NCBI GenBank assembly: GCA_001773135.1
Contig: MEVX01000008.1
Coordinates: 91,992 to 143,981, forward strand
Direction: 5' to 3'
From: a candidate division WWE3 bacterium RIFOXYB1_FULL_43_24
GTDB taxonomy: Bacteria; Patescibacteriota; WWE3; UBA101185; UBA10185
Length of the DNA stretch: 51,990 bases
Within the stretch, counting starts at the first letter, position 1; each line of letters starts with the position of its first letter. The position numbers were made by a program, and so were the translations under genes. The notes beneath the pieces are model-generated. The model was not told the origin of the DNA, did no database searches, and worked only from the letters and a program-made list of their open reading frames with translations. Shown here piece by piece: positions 16,749 through 26,725 of this stretch.

Positions 16749-18017
16749 TTATCTGATGAATGTTAATGCAATGCCCTTTTTACCCATTCTTCCGGTTCTG
16801 CCAACGCGGTGTATGTAGTCGGTAAAGGTCGCCGGAGGATCGTAGTTAATAACATGGGTAATGTCGGGAACGTCTATTCCTCTTGAGGCGACGTCGGTGG
16901 CCACAAGAATGTCTATTTCGTATTTTTTAAATTCGCTTAAAACTTTGGACCTTTGTCCTAATGATTTATTTCCGTGGAGAGAACCTGATTTATGGCCTCT
17001 TTTTCTTAATTCCGAAGATACTTCCTCTGCCCCTCTTTTTGTTTTTGAAAATACCAGGACTCTTTTGAAATCGGCATTAATTAACAGTCCGTGCAAAACA
17101 TCTATCTTGCTCTTGCCTGAATCTATTCTTACTATATCTTGATCCACGTTTCTAACGGCTTCCTGTCTTTCTATTTCCACTTTGTAGGGGTTTCTCAACA
17201 AAGAATTCGCAACCTCTTCCGCTTTTTTTGATAGGGTAGCGGAGAAGAATAATGACTGTCTGGAATTATTTAATTTTGTAACAATCTTTTTAACGTCGTT
17301 AATAAATCCCATGTCCAGCATCTCGTCTACCTCATCAAGAATAATGTTATTGAAAGAACTTAGGTCTATTTGTTTTCTCTCACACAGCTCTAGAAGTCTT
17401 CCAGGAGTAGCTATCACAAAGTGCGGGTCTTTTTTAATAAGTCTAATTTGTTCTGAGTAGCTGGCGCCCCCCATAATAACGACGTCTCTTAAGTGAGTTC
17501 CTGAAGTAAGAAGGCTGTATTCGGCTCTGATTTGATTAATTAGTTCTCTGGTAGGGGCAATTATTAAACATTTCTGTCCCTGATTTCTTATGACCTTATT
17601 TATCATAGGTATGAGATAGGCAGCTGTTTTTCCGGAGCCCGTGCATGCGACACCTAGAACATCTTGTCCGCTCAATATTTGAGGTATTATTTCTGCCTGG
17701 ATTTTAGTGGGATGTAAATACGCTTTTTTAGAGATGTTTTTTTGTAACGTTTGAACCAGAATGTAATCGTTGAAGGTCATTGTAGGAACGTACATAGACT
17801 CAGACTCACCTTTTACGGCCTTAGAGACGAATAAATCGGTATTTATATATGCTCCGGAATAGGGATTTCTTCTTTGAAATCTGCTTGCTCCTCCGAAGCT
17901 ACCGCCCGAACTGCCATACTTACTATTAGACCCATAATTACGGGCACTTCCGAACTTTCTTCGGCTACGGGCAAACCTCGAACTGCTATTACTATGTCCA
18001 TAACTTTTAGTATGCAT
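16749..18017 (-). CDS. DEAD-box ATP-dependent RNA helicase with a Ser/Gly/Arg-rich N-terminal tail
   Basis: Motifs CTGSGKTAAY, PTRELI, DEVD, SAT, HRVGRTGR. Confidence 0.9.
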   Translation of the reverse strand: MHTKSYGHSNSSSRFARSRRKFGSARNYGSNSKYGSSGGSFGGASRFQRRNPYSGAYINTDLFVSKAVKGESESMYVPTMTFNDYILVQTLQKNISKKAYLHPTKIQAEIIPQILSGQDVLGVACTGSGKTAAYLIPMINKVIRNQGQKCLIIAPTRELINQIRAEYSLLTSGTHLRDVVIMGGASYSEQIRLIKKDPHFVIATPGRLLELCERKQIDLSSFNNIILDEVDEMLDMGFINDVKKIVTKLNNSRQSLFFSATLSKKAEEVANSLLRNPYKVEIERQEAVRNVDQDIVRIDSGKSKIDVLHGLLINADFKRVLVFSKTKRGAEEVSSELRKRGHKSGSLHGNKSLGQRSKVLSEFKKYEIDILVATDVASRGIDVPDITHVINYDPPATFTDYIHRVGRTGRMGKKGIALTFIR

Positions 18018-18097
18018 ATATTTTCAGTGGGGATAGAGAAAAAACGGGTTAATCTCAATCAATCACAGCGAGAAGTATAACACGTCGCGGGGTTTAA

Positions 18098-19951
18098 TCA
18101 AATAGCCCTGGAGGCAGTTCTACGCCTAACGGTGGGGTTTAGGATTTTCTTCCTCAACCTCAAGGACGCCGGTGTTATCTCCAAAAGCTCGTCGTCCTCT
18201 AAAAGGCCTAAGTACTGCTCTAAACTCATCTCCACGGGCGGAGGAATAGTGATTCCTTCCTCTCCCGCAGACCTGTTGTTGGTAAGTTGTTTTTCTTTAC
18301 ATACGTTTATCTCAACGTCTTCATCCCGACCGTTTAAGCCTACCACCATGCCTTGGTAGACTATTGTTTGAGGACTTATAAAAACAGGGCCTTTATCGTG
18401 TGCGGGTACCAGCCCGTGGGGTACTGCTTTGCCGCTGTGGGAGGCCACAATAGCACCTTTTCTGAGTTTTGATATAGCGCGACCCATTTTTTCGTATCTT
18501 ATGAACATAGAACTCAAAACCGCCGTGCCTTTTGACAGGGTCAATAGTGTGCTTCTCAGTCCAAGTATGCCCCTGGTAGCGATCTCGAAGACGAGTCTTG
18601 AGGAAGCAGAAGTAAGTTCTTCCTGAGAAATTAAAACTCCGTGTCTCCTTCCAAGTTCGCTCTTTATCGCCCCAACGTGTGTGTTCTCAACGTCGATAGT
18701 CAATTCCTCGATTGGTTCCATTTCAACCCCGTCTACAATCTTAGTGATAACTCTCGGTTTTCCGACGCTGAGTTCAAATCCCTCTCTTCTTAGTGTTTCT
18801 AAAAAAACAGAAAGGTGAAGTTCGCCCCTGCCTGATAATACATATTGCCCGTCATCGGCGATTCTAAATTTCATAGCGACGTTTGTCTGTAATTCCCTTT
18901 CTATTCTTTCTAAGATCTGGCGTCCTGTTAAAAATTTTCCTTCGTTACCTAAAAAAGGTGAGGTGTTCGGTCCTATTGAAATTGCCAGTGTGGGTTCTTC
19001 GATTTTTATTGTGGGCAAAGCTTCCGGATTAGAAGCATCACACACGGTATCTCCTATATTTGCATTTTTAATCCCTGTAATTGAAACTATGTCACCGGAT
19101 ATTCCTTCATCGGTTTCTATTCTTTTTAAACCCTGGTTAACGAAAACCTTTTCGATTATTGTTTTTTCCTGCTTACCGTCTGCGGACATTAGAAGCACAG
19201 GCATTCCGGCCTTGGCTACACCTTTTGTTACTCTTCCTATCGCGTACTTACCTTTGTAATTATCCCAGTCCAAAGTAGAAATCAGCATTTGAAACGGTTC
19301 GTTATCTCTTGATTCCGGCTGGGGAACGTACTTCAAAACAGCCTCGAAAATAGGAGTGAAATCTGCAGGGGCGGATGTAAGTTCGGAAATTTTTGAAAAA
19401 TCGAAATCCTTCCAGGCTTTGCCGTCTCTTCCGATTGCGTACAGTATTGGAAATTCAAGTTGGTTTTCGTGAGTAGCAAGTTCCAGAAAGAGGTCGTAAA
19501 TCTTGTGCAGTGAATTTTTTATAAGCGCGTCTTTTTTATCAATTTTATTTACGACAACAATAATTTTTAAACCTAATTCCAACGCTTTTTTTAAAACAAA
19601 TTTGGTTTGGGGCATCGGACCTTCCTGAGAATCCACAACCAGTAGAGCACCGTCCGCCATATTAAGGGTACGTTCAACTTCTCCTCCGAAATCGGAGTGG
19701 CCGGGGGTATCGATAATATTTATTTTTGTGTCTTTGTAGATGACGGCCGTGTTTTTGGCCAGAATTGTAATGCCTCTTTCACGTTCCTGATCGTTAGAGT
19801 CCAGTATTAAATCCTGACTCATCTCGGACTCGTTGTCTCTAAAGGTTTTGGACTGTTTCAACAAACCATCTACAATAGTGGTTTTTCCGTGGTCGACGTG
19901 TGCAATTATAGCTATATTTCTAAGGTTCATGAGCAATTGCTCATTATACAC
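18098..19951 (-). CDS. typA: Translational GTPase TypA/BipA
   Basis: AIIAHVDHGKTT, DTPGHSDF, NKIDK, and BipA-type domain order with C-terminal domain. Confidence 0.9.
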   Translation of the reverse strand: MYNEQLLMNLRNIAIIAHVDHGKTTIVDGLLKQSKTFRDNESEMSQDLILDSNDQERERGITILAKNTAVIYKDTKINIIDTPGHSDFGGEVERTLNMADGALLVVDSQEGPMPQTKFVLKKALELGLKIIVVVNKIDKKDALIKNSLHKIYDLFLELATHENQLEFPILYAIGRDGKAWKDFDFSKISELTSAPADFTPIFEAVLKYVPQPESRDNEPFQMLISTLDWDNYKGKYAIGRVTKGVAKAGMPVLLMSADGKQEKTIIEKVFVNQGLKRIETDEGISGDIVSITGIKNANIGDTVCDASNPEALPTIKIEEPTLAISIGPNTSPFLGNEGKFLTGRQILERIERELQTNVAMKFRIADDGQYVLSGRGELHLSVFLETLRREGFELSVGKPRVITKIVDGVEMEPIEELTIDVENTHVGAIKSELGRRHGVLISQEELTSASSRLVFEIATRGILGLRSTLLTLSKGTAVLSSMFIRYEKMGRAISKLRKGAIVASHSGKAVPHGLVPAHDKGPVFISPQTIVYQGMVVGLNGRDEDVEINVCKEKQLTNNRSAGEEGITIPPPVEMSLEQYLGLLEDDELLEITPASLRLRKKILNPTVRRRTASRAI

Positions 19952-20029
19952 GTTATTGGTCAGTATGTTCGGAAATGGTGAAAGAAATACTTTCTTCTTA
20001 AAACACAGTCCGCTTTTTCTAACCTAGAA

Positions 20030-21400
20030 TTATTCTACCCACGCAGTTTTTCGGTTCAACGCTGAGGTAACATTAGGGTCTATACTTCTTTTTAGACGTT
20101 CCATTTCTTTTGTGTCTCCGAAACGATGATAGACCCCATGTCCTTTTTCATTTATTTCCTTAGAAGTAAAAGGTAGTTTCTGTATAGCAATGTTTGATAC
20201 ACCAAGCTCTTCCAGAATTGAGCCAAGCTCTAATATGTCTTCATCCGGAATATCTTGTGGAAGCCTGACAATCACGGGGTACTCAAACGCGACTTCTCTT
20301 TGAACTACCTCCGCGGTCTCGTTGTTTATTAAATCCACCTTTACTTTTAGCGCTGTGTGCGGAGTTTCGTTATTCGCTACATTTATGAAATATCTGAGTC
20401 CTTCAAAATCAACTCCCAGCCTCATTCCTGTTGGTTTTAAGTTATTATCCAGTATGTTAACTTGAGAACCCCGTCTGTTATAAAAAGCTGCATCAGCTGC
20501 CTTGTCGCTTTTTTCCTGTTCTGAAAGACCGAAAGTTTCGAATTCAAGAGATTTACTCTGTTTAAGGGCTTCTATCCAATTTTTTACTTCGGGCGGAGTG
20601 TACGCCTTTACCTCGATTACTCCTACAATTTTACCTTCAGAATCTTCAAGAAATTCGTCCGGAAGGGTTGTTGCAACATATGCGGGCTCTGCCCTTTTTT
20701 CAATAAGTGTTTTAAGAGTCGTAGTATCACGCTTATCGGTAGTGGCTAGTGCTTGGTTTAACAGTTTGTTCTGTGTTTTAGTTTTTTTACCTCCCAAGAA
20801 ATGTCCCTGATTTTGAATGTGCCATCTTATCAGTTGATCTCTTCCGGTATTTTTGACGTCCATCTTTTTTTCTATGCTGTCGTAATTAACGAGTGCGGTT
20901 ATGGTGTCTTTTTTTAAAGTATCTACCTGCTCTTGGGTTATGTACCCCGGTTCGTTTTCTTTAGGAAGCACCTCTTGCGCAGAAGTTTCAAAAAAATTGT
21001 TTATGAGAACGGCATCTTTTCTCAACCCTCCCATATCTATGTAATGGTCGTAAGGGTCTACAGCCACACTTTTTGGAAAAAAATCTTTTAGTTTGTAGAC
21101 AGTTTCACACTCTGAAAGGTCCAACTTTTTACTCATCATCTCCGCTAGTAACCCTCTTACATTTGCTACTGAGTATTTTATCTTTGCTCCGACCTCTTGG
21201 TCGCTTACCTTGTCTACAGATTCTTTAATTAAAGAAAGTATGTCCTCGGCGTGCTTACCTCCTGAATGTGCGCCTTTCTCGTACAAGTAGTTTCCGGCTT
21301 TTTCTCTTAAAGTGTCTACTTGCTCAGGGGATAGTTTCTCAACCAGCTGGATATATACAGGCTCTTGTTCGTTTTCCGAAGATAATGTTTCGATGGGCAC
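20030..21400 (-). CDS. Hypothetical protein (456 aa)
   Basis: Long uninterrupted ORF with no family recognised. DSEGKIVGVIEVKAY resembles a D...ExK nuclease core. Confidence 0.5.
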   Translation of the reverse strand: MPIETLSSENEQEPVYIQLVEKLSPEQVDTLREKAGNYLYEKGAHSGGKHAEDILSLIKESVDKVSDQEVGAKIKYSVANVRGLLAEMMSKKLDLSECETVYKLKDFFPKSVAVDPYDHYIDMGGLRKDAVLINNFFETSAQEVLPKENEPGYITQEQVDTLKKDTITALVNYDSIEKKMDVKNTGRDQLIRWHIQNQGHFLGGKKTKTQNKLLNQALATTDKRDTTTLKTLIEKRAEPAYVATTLPDEFLEDSEGKIVGVIEVKAYTPPEVKNWIEALKQSKSLEFETFGLSEQEKSDKAADAAFYNRRGSQVNILDNNLKPTGMRLGVDFEGLRYFINVANNETPHTALKVKVDLINNETAEVVQREVAFEYPVIVRLPQDIPDEDILELGSILEELGVSNIAIQKLPFTSKEINEKGHGVYHRFGDTKEMERLKRSIDPNVTSALNRKTAWVE

Positions 21401-21446
21401 CCCTCATTATATACAGGAAATCGAGAGCCTTGCTATAATTTTATAG

Positions 21447-22652
21447 GTGAAAATACTGTCCACTCTAAAGCAGTTAAGATTTGTGGGGTTTTTGATTGTT
21501 TCTGTTTTTTTAGTAGCTGTTCTGGTTTATCTAAACATACGTCTTAACAACACAGAAAAATCTTTATCTGACATTAAAAATTCCCAGACTAACCTACGTG
21601 AAAATTTTTCTGATGCACTTTTTGAAGATCATTTAAAAGTGACCGAGTCTATGGTATCGGACGCAACTGTTGCGGCACTGCAAAAAGAACTGGAAACCAT
21701 AAAAACAGAGGAAACCATAGATGAAAAAACTATAAAAGATGTTTATGACTCTTTGCTTGTTTTAGAACAAAAGATAAACAGAAATACAAAAGCCGGTTTA
21801 AAATCACCCGACCTTACACAGCAAAAAGATGAGTGGGGAAACCTTTTGATTGAAAAAGATTTCGCTTCAATTATGACGGGCATAAATGCCGAGGTTTCAC
21901 TCTTAGATAAAGATTACTCGGCTTACCTGACAAAACTGGAGCAGACGAGGGTAGCAGCCTCCGGGTACAGCTATCAAACAGTACAAACCGAAAGAGGTAG
22001 TTTCGGAGCATTCGTCATTAAACTTCCTCTGAATGAAGTAAAAGTAAGGACGGTTTCAGCTTCATCCGGTACCTGTACCAACGGTTGTGAAACCAAGAGC
22101 CTTGCCGATTACGTTAAAGATAGCGGAGGATTTGCCGGAATGAACGGCTCCTACTTTTGCCCACCTGACTACTCAACTTGTGGGGGAAAAATAAATTCAT
22201 CTGATTTCGCTTTGTACGATAGTCACGAAGGAAAGTGGGAACATAAAGACGCACTTTCCTGGAACGAAACGGGGCTTATGACTTTCAACGGAAGTAACCC
22301 TTCGTTTTATAGAGAAACCTCGGACTATGGAGGTGGGGGAGTCACCGCAGGAATCTCAAATTACCCTTCTTTAGTAAAAGACGGAGATATAGTAGTAGAT
22401 GACGACGATCTCACTTCTTACCAAAAAGACATTAAAGGACCGAGGGGAGTGATAGGGGTAGGAGGAGAAAACCTGTACCTGGTGATTGTAAGTGGCGCTA
22501 CGGTGAAAGACGCAGCTTACGTTATAAGAGCGCTGGGGGCGAAACACGCCCTTAACCTCGACGGCGGCGGCTCCTCGGCCATGTATATCAATGGTAAATA
22601 TGTTGTGGGACCCGGAAGAAGTTTGCCAAACGCGATTATTCTCACGAAATAA
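21447..22652 (+). CDS. Phosphodiester glycosidase (DUF2233/NAGPA-like) family protein with N-terminal TM and coiled-coil region
   Basis: C-terminal GFAGMNGSYF ... ALNLDGGGSSAMY signature. Confidence 0.6.
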   Translation: MKILSTLKQLRFVGFLIVSVFLVAVLVYLNIRLNNTEKSLSDIKNSQTNLRENFSDALFEDHLKVTESMVSDATVAALQKELETIKTEETIDEKTIKDVYDSLLVLEQKINRNTKAGLKSPDLTQQKDEWGNLLIEKDFASIMTGINAEVSLLDKDYSAYLTKLEQTRVAASGYSYQTVQTERGSFGAFVIKLPLNEVKVRTVSASSGTCTNGCETKSLADYVKDSGGFAGMNGSYFCPPDYSTCGGKINSSDFALYDSHEGKWEHKDALSWNETGLMTFNGSNPSFYRETSDYGGGGVTAGISNYPSLVKDGDIVVDDDDLTSYQKDIKGPRGVIGVGGENLYLVIVSGATVKDAAYVIRALGAKHALNLDGGGSSAMYINGKYVVGPGRSLPNAIILTK

Positions 22653-22694
22653 GAAGATTTGACATATAGATAGAATTTACCCACCATTACATTT

Positions 22695-23369
22695 ATGCTT
22701 AATAAAAGACCCCTCACTTTATACAGTTTTTCAGTTGTAATGATTTTAGCCCTCTTAATGTTATTCTCCATGCTTACTTTTTCTTCATACAATCTTTTTC
22801 TGAGTTTGGCGCAAGATACCCCGTCTGTTCTTTCTGATGATGACGAAAGAGATGGTAGTGAAAGTTACGAGGAGGAGGACGAAGATGACGAAGATGATGA
22901 AGATGACGAAGATGATGAAGATGACGAAGATGATGAAGATGACGGTGACGAAGACGAAGATGAAGACGAAGATGAGTTCGAGGATGAAGACGGTGATGAT
23001 GAAGATGACGATTTATCCGAAAATTTAAAAGATAGTCTTGAGGAATATTTAGAAAGCCAGAAAGACCTCCAGGAAGAGTCAATAGAACAACTTGAAAAAC
23101 TCTCCGAGCGAAACGGGGTAGTAGAGTTTGTTATCGGCCCAAACATCGAATCAATTAGGGAGCTTCAGGCGATAGTAGACGCAAACACTAGGATGCTCCA
23201 GCAGCTTCAGGAACTAAGACAAAAGCCTCTAACCGAGGCCGAGCAGCAAGCCTTGGATTCTCTAGCCGGTTCTATTGAAAATCAGAATCAGATCATAAAT
23301 GAAGAGGTAGGTGAACAGGAAAGTAACTTTTCACTGTTCGGTTGGTTAGTAAAATTGTTATCCAACTAA
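22695..23369 (+). CDS. Membrane-anchored, extremely acidic (poly-Asp/Glu) low-complexity protein
   Basis: N-terminal hydrophobic helix, about 60 consecutive D/E-dominated residues, then a coiled-coil-like C-terminus. Confidence 0.5.
   Translation: MLNKRPLTLYSFSVVMILALLMLFSMLTFSSYNLFLSLAQDTPSVLSDDDERDGSESYEEEDEDDEDDEDDEDDEDDEDDEDDGDEDEDEDEDEFEDEDGDDEDDDLSENLKDSLEEYLESQKDLQEESIEQLEKLSERNGVVEFVIGPNIESIRELQAIVDANTRMLQQLQELRQKPLTEAEQQALDSLAGSIENQNQIINEEVGEQESNFSLFGWLVKLLSN
22869..23012 (+). repeat. GAA/GAT/GAC-rich coding tract with a 3.5 x 18-nt tandem repeat
   Basis: GAAGATGACGAAGATGAT is repeated head to tail from 22881 to about 22943. The flanks are degenerate. Confidence 0.8.
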
Positions 23370-23396
23370 GAAATATATAAAGTAAGCAAAAGAAAA

Positions 23397-23442
23397 GGCC
23401 CCAAAACATGATAATCTTTTACGATTATTTCTGTTTGGGGCC
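23397..23442. terminator. Hairpin between convergent genes
   Basis: GGCCCCAAAAC ... GTTTGGGGCC with inner ATAATC/GATTAT pairing. The T-rich tail is on the minus-strand side. Confidence 0.45.
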
Positions 23443-23453
23443 AGCTTAGAGAC

Positions 23454-23798
23454 TTATTTCTTTAACTGAAGGTTTACCAAACCGTGGGATACCCTACTTA
23501 AAATTTCAGATTGGCCGAGTTCTTTTGGCTCGTATTCCTCTCCGAAATACACATCGAAGGAGTAAACCACAGCGTCCTTCAGCATTATTACAACCTGCCA
23601 CTCCATGTCTGCGGTTGCAGGCCTGTTTTTTTCCCAGGACAACATCTCATGATAGTACACTTTCAGTCCGGGGAATTGCCGATTTACCAGCTTTTGTATT
23701 TTTTCGGCAATCTTTTTAGCCTGGCCGCGTCTTTTTTCATAGAGGGCCTTTTTTTTGTTGGCTGCTTCTTCAGTTCTTTTTACGTCTCTTTTAAACAT
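23454..23798 (-). CDS. Hypothetical protein
   Basis: 114-aa ORF with a Lys-rich N-terminus. Confidence 0.4.
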   Translation of the reverse strand: MFKRDVKRTEEAANKKKALYEKRRGQAKKIAEKIQKLVNRQFPGLKVYYHEMLSWEKNRPATADMEWQVVIMLKDAVVYSFDVYFGEEYEPKELGQSEILSRVSHGLVNLQLKK

Positions 23799-23826
23799 TT
23801 CTCCCTCCTTTTGGGATATGGCAGGT

Positions 23827-23863
23827 ATTATAAGCTATCCGCGATTATAAGTCAACTTATAGT
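23827..23863. promoter_or_regulatory. Candidate operator in the divergent promoter region upstream of the dinB operon
   Basis: ATTATAAG at 23827 and 23844, and its near-inverted copy CTTATAGT at 23856. This gives the palindrome ATTATAAG-TCAA-CTTATAGT. Confidence 0.25.
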
Positions 23864-23938
23864 ATTTAGAGAGATCGTTGACGCCTCCCGACTTTTTTCT
23901 TAAACTGTGTTTATATATTCGGGTTTCCTTCGTATACT

Positions 23939-24199
23939 ATGATAACCAAAATCAAGGCTCCTGTATCCGTAATATCCGTCTACGACCATAAAAAGAGGGA
24001 TTTTAGGCCCTCTGCGGTCATTTGGGAGGGACACCGGCACCAAATCGTAAAATTAGGCTATCACCACACTTTCCGGGCCGGAAAAACCCTTTTTCACGTC
24101 TTTTCGGCCGCTTCAGAAACCGTTTACTTTAAATTGGTTTTAAATACAGATAATTTGTCCTGGGAGGTAGAGGAAATATCCGATGGACAAACTGACTGA
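23939..24199 (+). CDS. Small protein of unknown function, translationally coupled to dinB
   Basis: 86-aa ORF whose end overlaps the polymerase start by 17 nt. Confidence 0.45.
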   Translation: MITKIKAPVSVISVYDHKKRDFRPSAVIWEGHRHQIVKLGYHHTFRAGKTLFHVFSAASETVYFKLVLNTDNLSWEVEEISDGQTD

Positions 24200-25445
24200 C
24201 CTTTCTTTTAACCCAAAACCTCCGACATTAATGCTGGTGGACATAAATTCCTGCTTTGCGACTATTGAACAACAGGCCAACCCCCAGCTGAGAGGCCGTC
24301 CTGTAGCAGTTGCGGCTTACGACACGCCCTCAGGATGTATTTTGGCAGCTTCTTATGAGGCTAAAAGGCTGGGGGTGAAAACCGGAATGCGCGTAAAGGA
24401 AGGAAAGCTTTTGGCCACCGACCTCACCGTTTTAACCCCGGATCCTCAAAAATACCGCGACGTCCACTTAAAACTACGTGCCATTCTGAATAAATTTTCC
24501 GATGTGGTAACTCCGAAATCTATCGACGAATTTATTGTAAACCTAGAAGGCTGTCCGTCCTTTAAAAAAGGAATGAAAAACGTCGGTACCGAAATAAAAG
24601 AACTAATTAAGAAAGATGTCGGAGACTGGATAACTGTTTCCATAGGAATCGGTCCGAATATTTTTTTGGCAAAGACGGCCGCAGGTCTCAAAAAACCCGA
24701 CGGTCTCGAAGAAATAAATATAAATAATTTCGAATCCGTTTATTCTTCTTTGGAAATTACCGGGCTGCATGGAATTAAGCAAAGAAATGCCGCGCGCCTC
24801 GCCATCCAAAATATTTATACCGTCATGGATTTTTACAAAGCTTCCTCCGCAACGCTCGAGCGCGCGTTCGGTTCTATAACCGGCTACTACTGGTACTTAC
24901 GTTTGCGCGGTTGGGAAATAGATGATGTAGAGTGGGGTAGAAGAAGCTATGGAAATTCCTACGCAATACCCGACCGTTTATCGAAAAATGAGGAGCTTGC
25001 CCCCATCTTATATAAATTAGTTGAAAAGACGGCAAGACGTTTGAGAAAAGCGGGATACAAGGCTAAAGGGGTTCACGTTTCCATAAACTACCACGACGGC
25101 TCTCATTGGCACCACGGCCATATTACCGGTAAAACCCTTTTTGACCCGCGCGATATTTTTAAGGATGCTTATAGAATAATGTGTCACTCACCTTATGCAG
25201 GTAAAGTGGTGACTATTATTGCCGAATCGGTGTTCGACATTTTTGACAACGACACTACGCAGTTAGATCTTTTCGACGATATCGGAAGAAAAGAAAAACT
25301 TTACTCGGCCGTCGACGAGCTTACTGACAAATGGGGAGAGTTTGTGATAACGCCTGCGAGAATGTTGTCAGCCAAAAAACACGTTCACGACAGAATTGCT
25401 TTCGGCGGGATAAAAGAACTGGAGGAATTTACACTACAGGACTAA
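24183..25445 (+). CDS. dinB: Y-family DNA polymerase (Pol IV-like)
   Basis: LVDINSCFATIEQ (catalytic Asp region), SIDEF, and a little-finger-like C-terminus. Confidence 0.85.
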   Translation: MDKLTDLSFNPKPPTLMLVDINSCFATIEQQANPQLRGRPVAVAAYDTPSGCILAASYEAKRLGVKTGMRVKEGKLLATDLTVLTPDPQKYRDVHLKLRAILNKFSDVVTPKSIDEFIVNLEGCPSFKKGMKNVGTEIKELIKKDVGDWITVSIGIGPNIFLAKTAAGLKKPDGLEEININNFESVYSSLEITGLHGIKQRNAARLAIQNIYTVMDFYKASSATLERAFGSITGYYWYLRLRGWEIDDVEWGRRSYGNSYAIPDRLSKNEELAPILYKLVEKTARRLRKAGYKAKGVHVSINYHDGSHWHHGHITGKTLFDPRDIFKDAYRIMCHSPYAGKVVTIIAESVFDIFDNDTTQLDLFDDIGRKEKLYSAVDELTDKWGEFVITPARMLSAKKHVHDRIAFGGIKELEEFTLQD

Positions 25446-26671
25446 CGGAGATACTTTGTTCCTTTAAGTTTATCGGGAAAATATTCAATATCCGGAAGTT
25501 TTTTACCTTCGGGGCTGTGGTAGTAGTTATAATTTTTTCCGTAACCTACATCTTTCATAAGTTTCGTGGGTGCGTTTCTTATATGTAAAGGCACCGGAAG
25601 GTTTCCGTACTTTACCGCATCGTCAGCTGCCTTTCCATATGCAATATAAAGTTCGTTTGATTTAGGAGATTTCGCAAAGTAGACGACAGCCTCGGCAAGG
25701 GCAAGATTACATTCGGGCATACCTATTCTTTCGCAAGCCTGAAATGCTGCCACTGCAATAACAAGTGCTTGTGGATCTTTGAGACCGATATCTTCGGAAG
25801 CAAGTCTTATTAAACGTCTGGCGATGTAAATCGGATCTTGTCCTGCTTCCAGCATTCTTGCCAGCCAATAAAGAGCTGCGTCAGGATCGGAACCTCTGAT
25901 GGATTTATGTAACGCGGAAATTGTGTTGTAAAACTCTTCTCCTTGGAGATCGAAAGTTAACTGACTTTTTTGCAAAGCTTTTTTAATGTCATCAAAAGTG
26001 ATTTCTTTACCCGTTTGTAAATGGAAAGCTATTTCTAAAACATTAATACACGTACGTGCGTCTCCGTTACTGCTTTGAATTAAAAACTTTCTAGCGTCCT
26101 TCTCAAGTTTTTTACCAATATCTTCTAACGCCCTGTCCACAATTTTATCCAGGTCCTCTTCGGAGAGTTGATCCATAATTACTACTCGGCATCTGGAAAG
26201 AAAAGGAGCAATAACTTCGAATGAAGGATTTTCGGTGGTCGCCCCCATAAAAATTATTTTTCCTTGTTCTACCATCGGAAGCAAAGCGTCCTGCTGAGCT
26301 TTATTAAATCTGTGGATTTCGTCTATAAAAACTACCGGAGCCCCGGATTTTTTCTTTGATGAAGAGTTTTGGGTCCACAAGTTCGGAGAGACAGCTTTGC
26401 CGTTATCTTCTAACTCTTTTTCGATTGTTTTAACGGAAGTATTCACCGCGCTAAATTCGTAGAATTTACGGTTTGTTTCTGTGGCGATAATTCTAGCTAG
26501 GGTAGTTTTACCTACGCCGGGAGGACCCCAAAATATCAAAGAAGGAAAAAAGCCTGTCTGTACGGTGCTTTTTAGAAGTTCTGATATTATGCCACCCTCA
26601 CCTAAAAGCTTTTCGTGGCCTGACATTTCCTCTAAATTTTTAGGTCTGATTTTGTCCGCTAGAGGTTGCAT
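25442..26671 (-). CDS. rarA: Replication-associated recombination protein A (AAA+ ATPase)
   Basis: GPPGVGKTTLARIIA Walker A, VVFIDEIHRFNK, and an MgsA C-terminal domain (DPDAALYWLARML). Confidence 0.9.
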   Translation of the reverse strand: MQPLADKIRPKNLEEMSGHEKLLGEGGIISELLKSTVQTGFFPSLIFWGPPGVGKTTLARIIATETNRKFYEFSAVNTSVKTIEKELEDNGKAVSPNLWTQNSSSKKKSGAPVVFIDEIHRFNKAQQDALLPMVEQGKIIFMGATTENPSFEVIAPFLSRCRVVIMDQLSEEDLDKIVDRALEDIGKKLEKDARKFLIQSSNGDARTCINVLEIAFHLQTGKEITFDDIKKALQKSQLTFDLQGEEFYNTISALHKSIRGSDPDAALYWLARMLEAGQDPIYIARRLIRLASEDIGLKDPQALVIAVAAFQACERIGMPECNLALAEAVVYFAKSPKSNELYIAYGKAADDAVKYGNLPVPLHIRNAPTKLMKDVGYGKNYNYYHSPEGKKLPDIEYFPDKLKGTKYLR

Positions 26672-26725
26672 TTAATTACCCAAATATTACCCGTAGAGAA
26701 ATAATACATTTGGAAAGGGCGCCCG

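Noticed and set aside
22865-23146. Poly-Ser ORF on the minus strand, and a possible CRISPR/VNTR reading of the repeat tract
   Set aside because: The poly-Ser frame is the antisense image of the GAA/GAT/GAC coding repeat. The repeats are contiguous 18-nt units without spacers, so this is not a CRISPR array.
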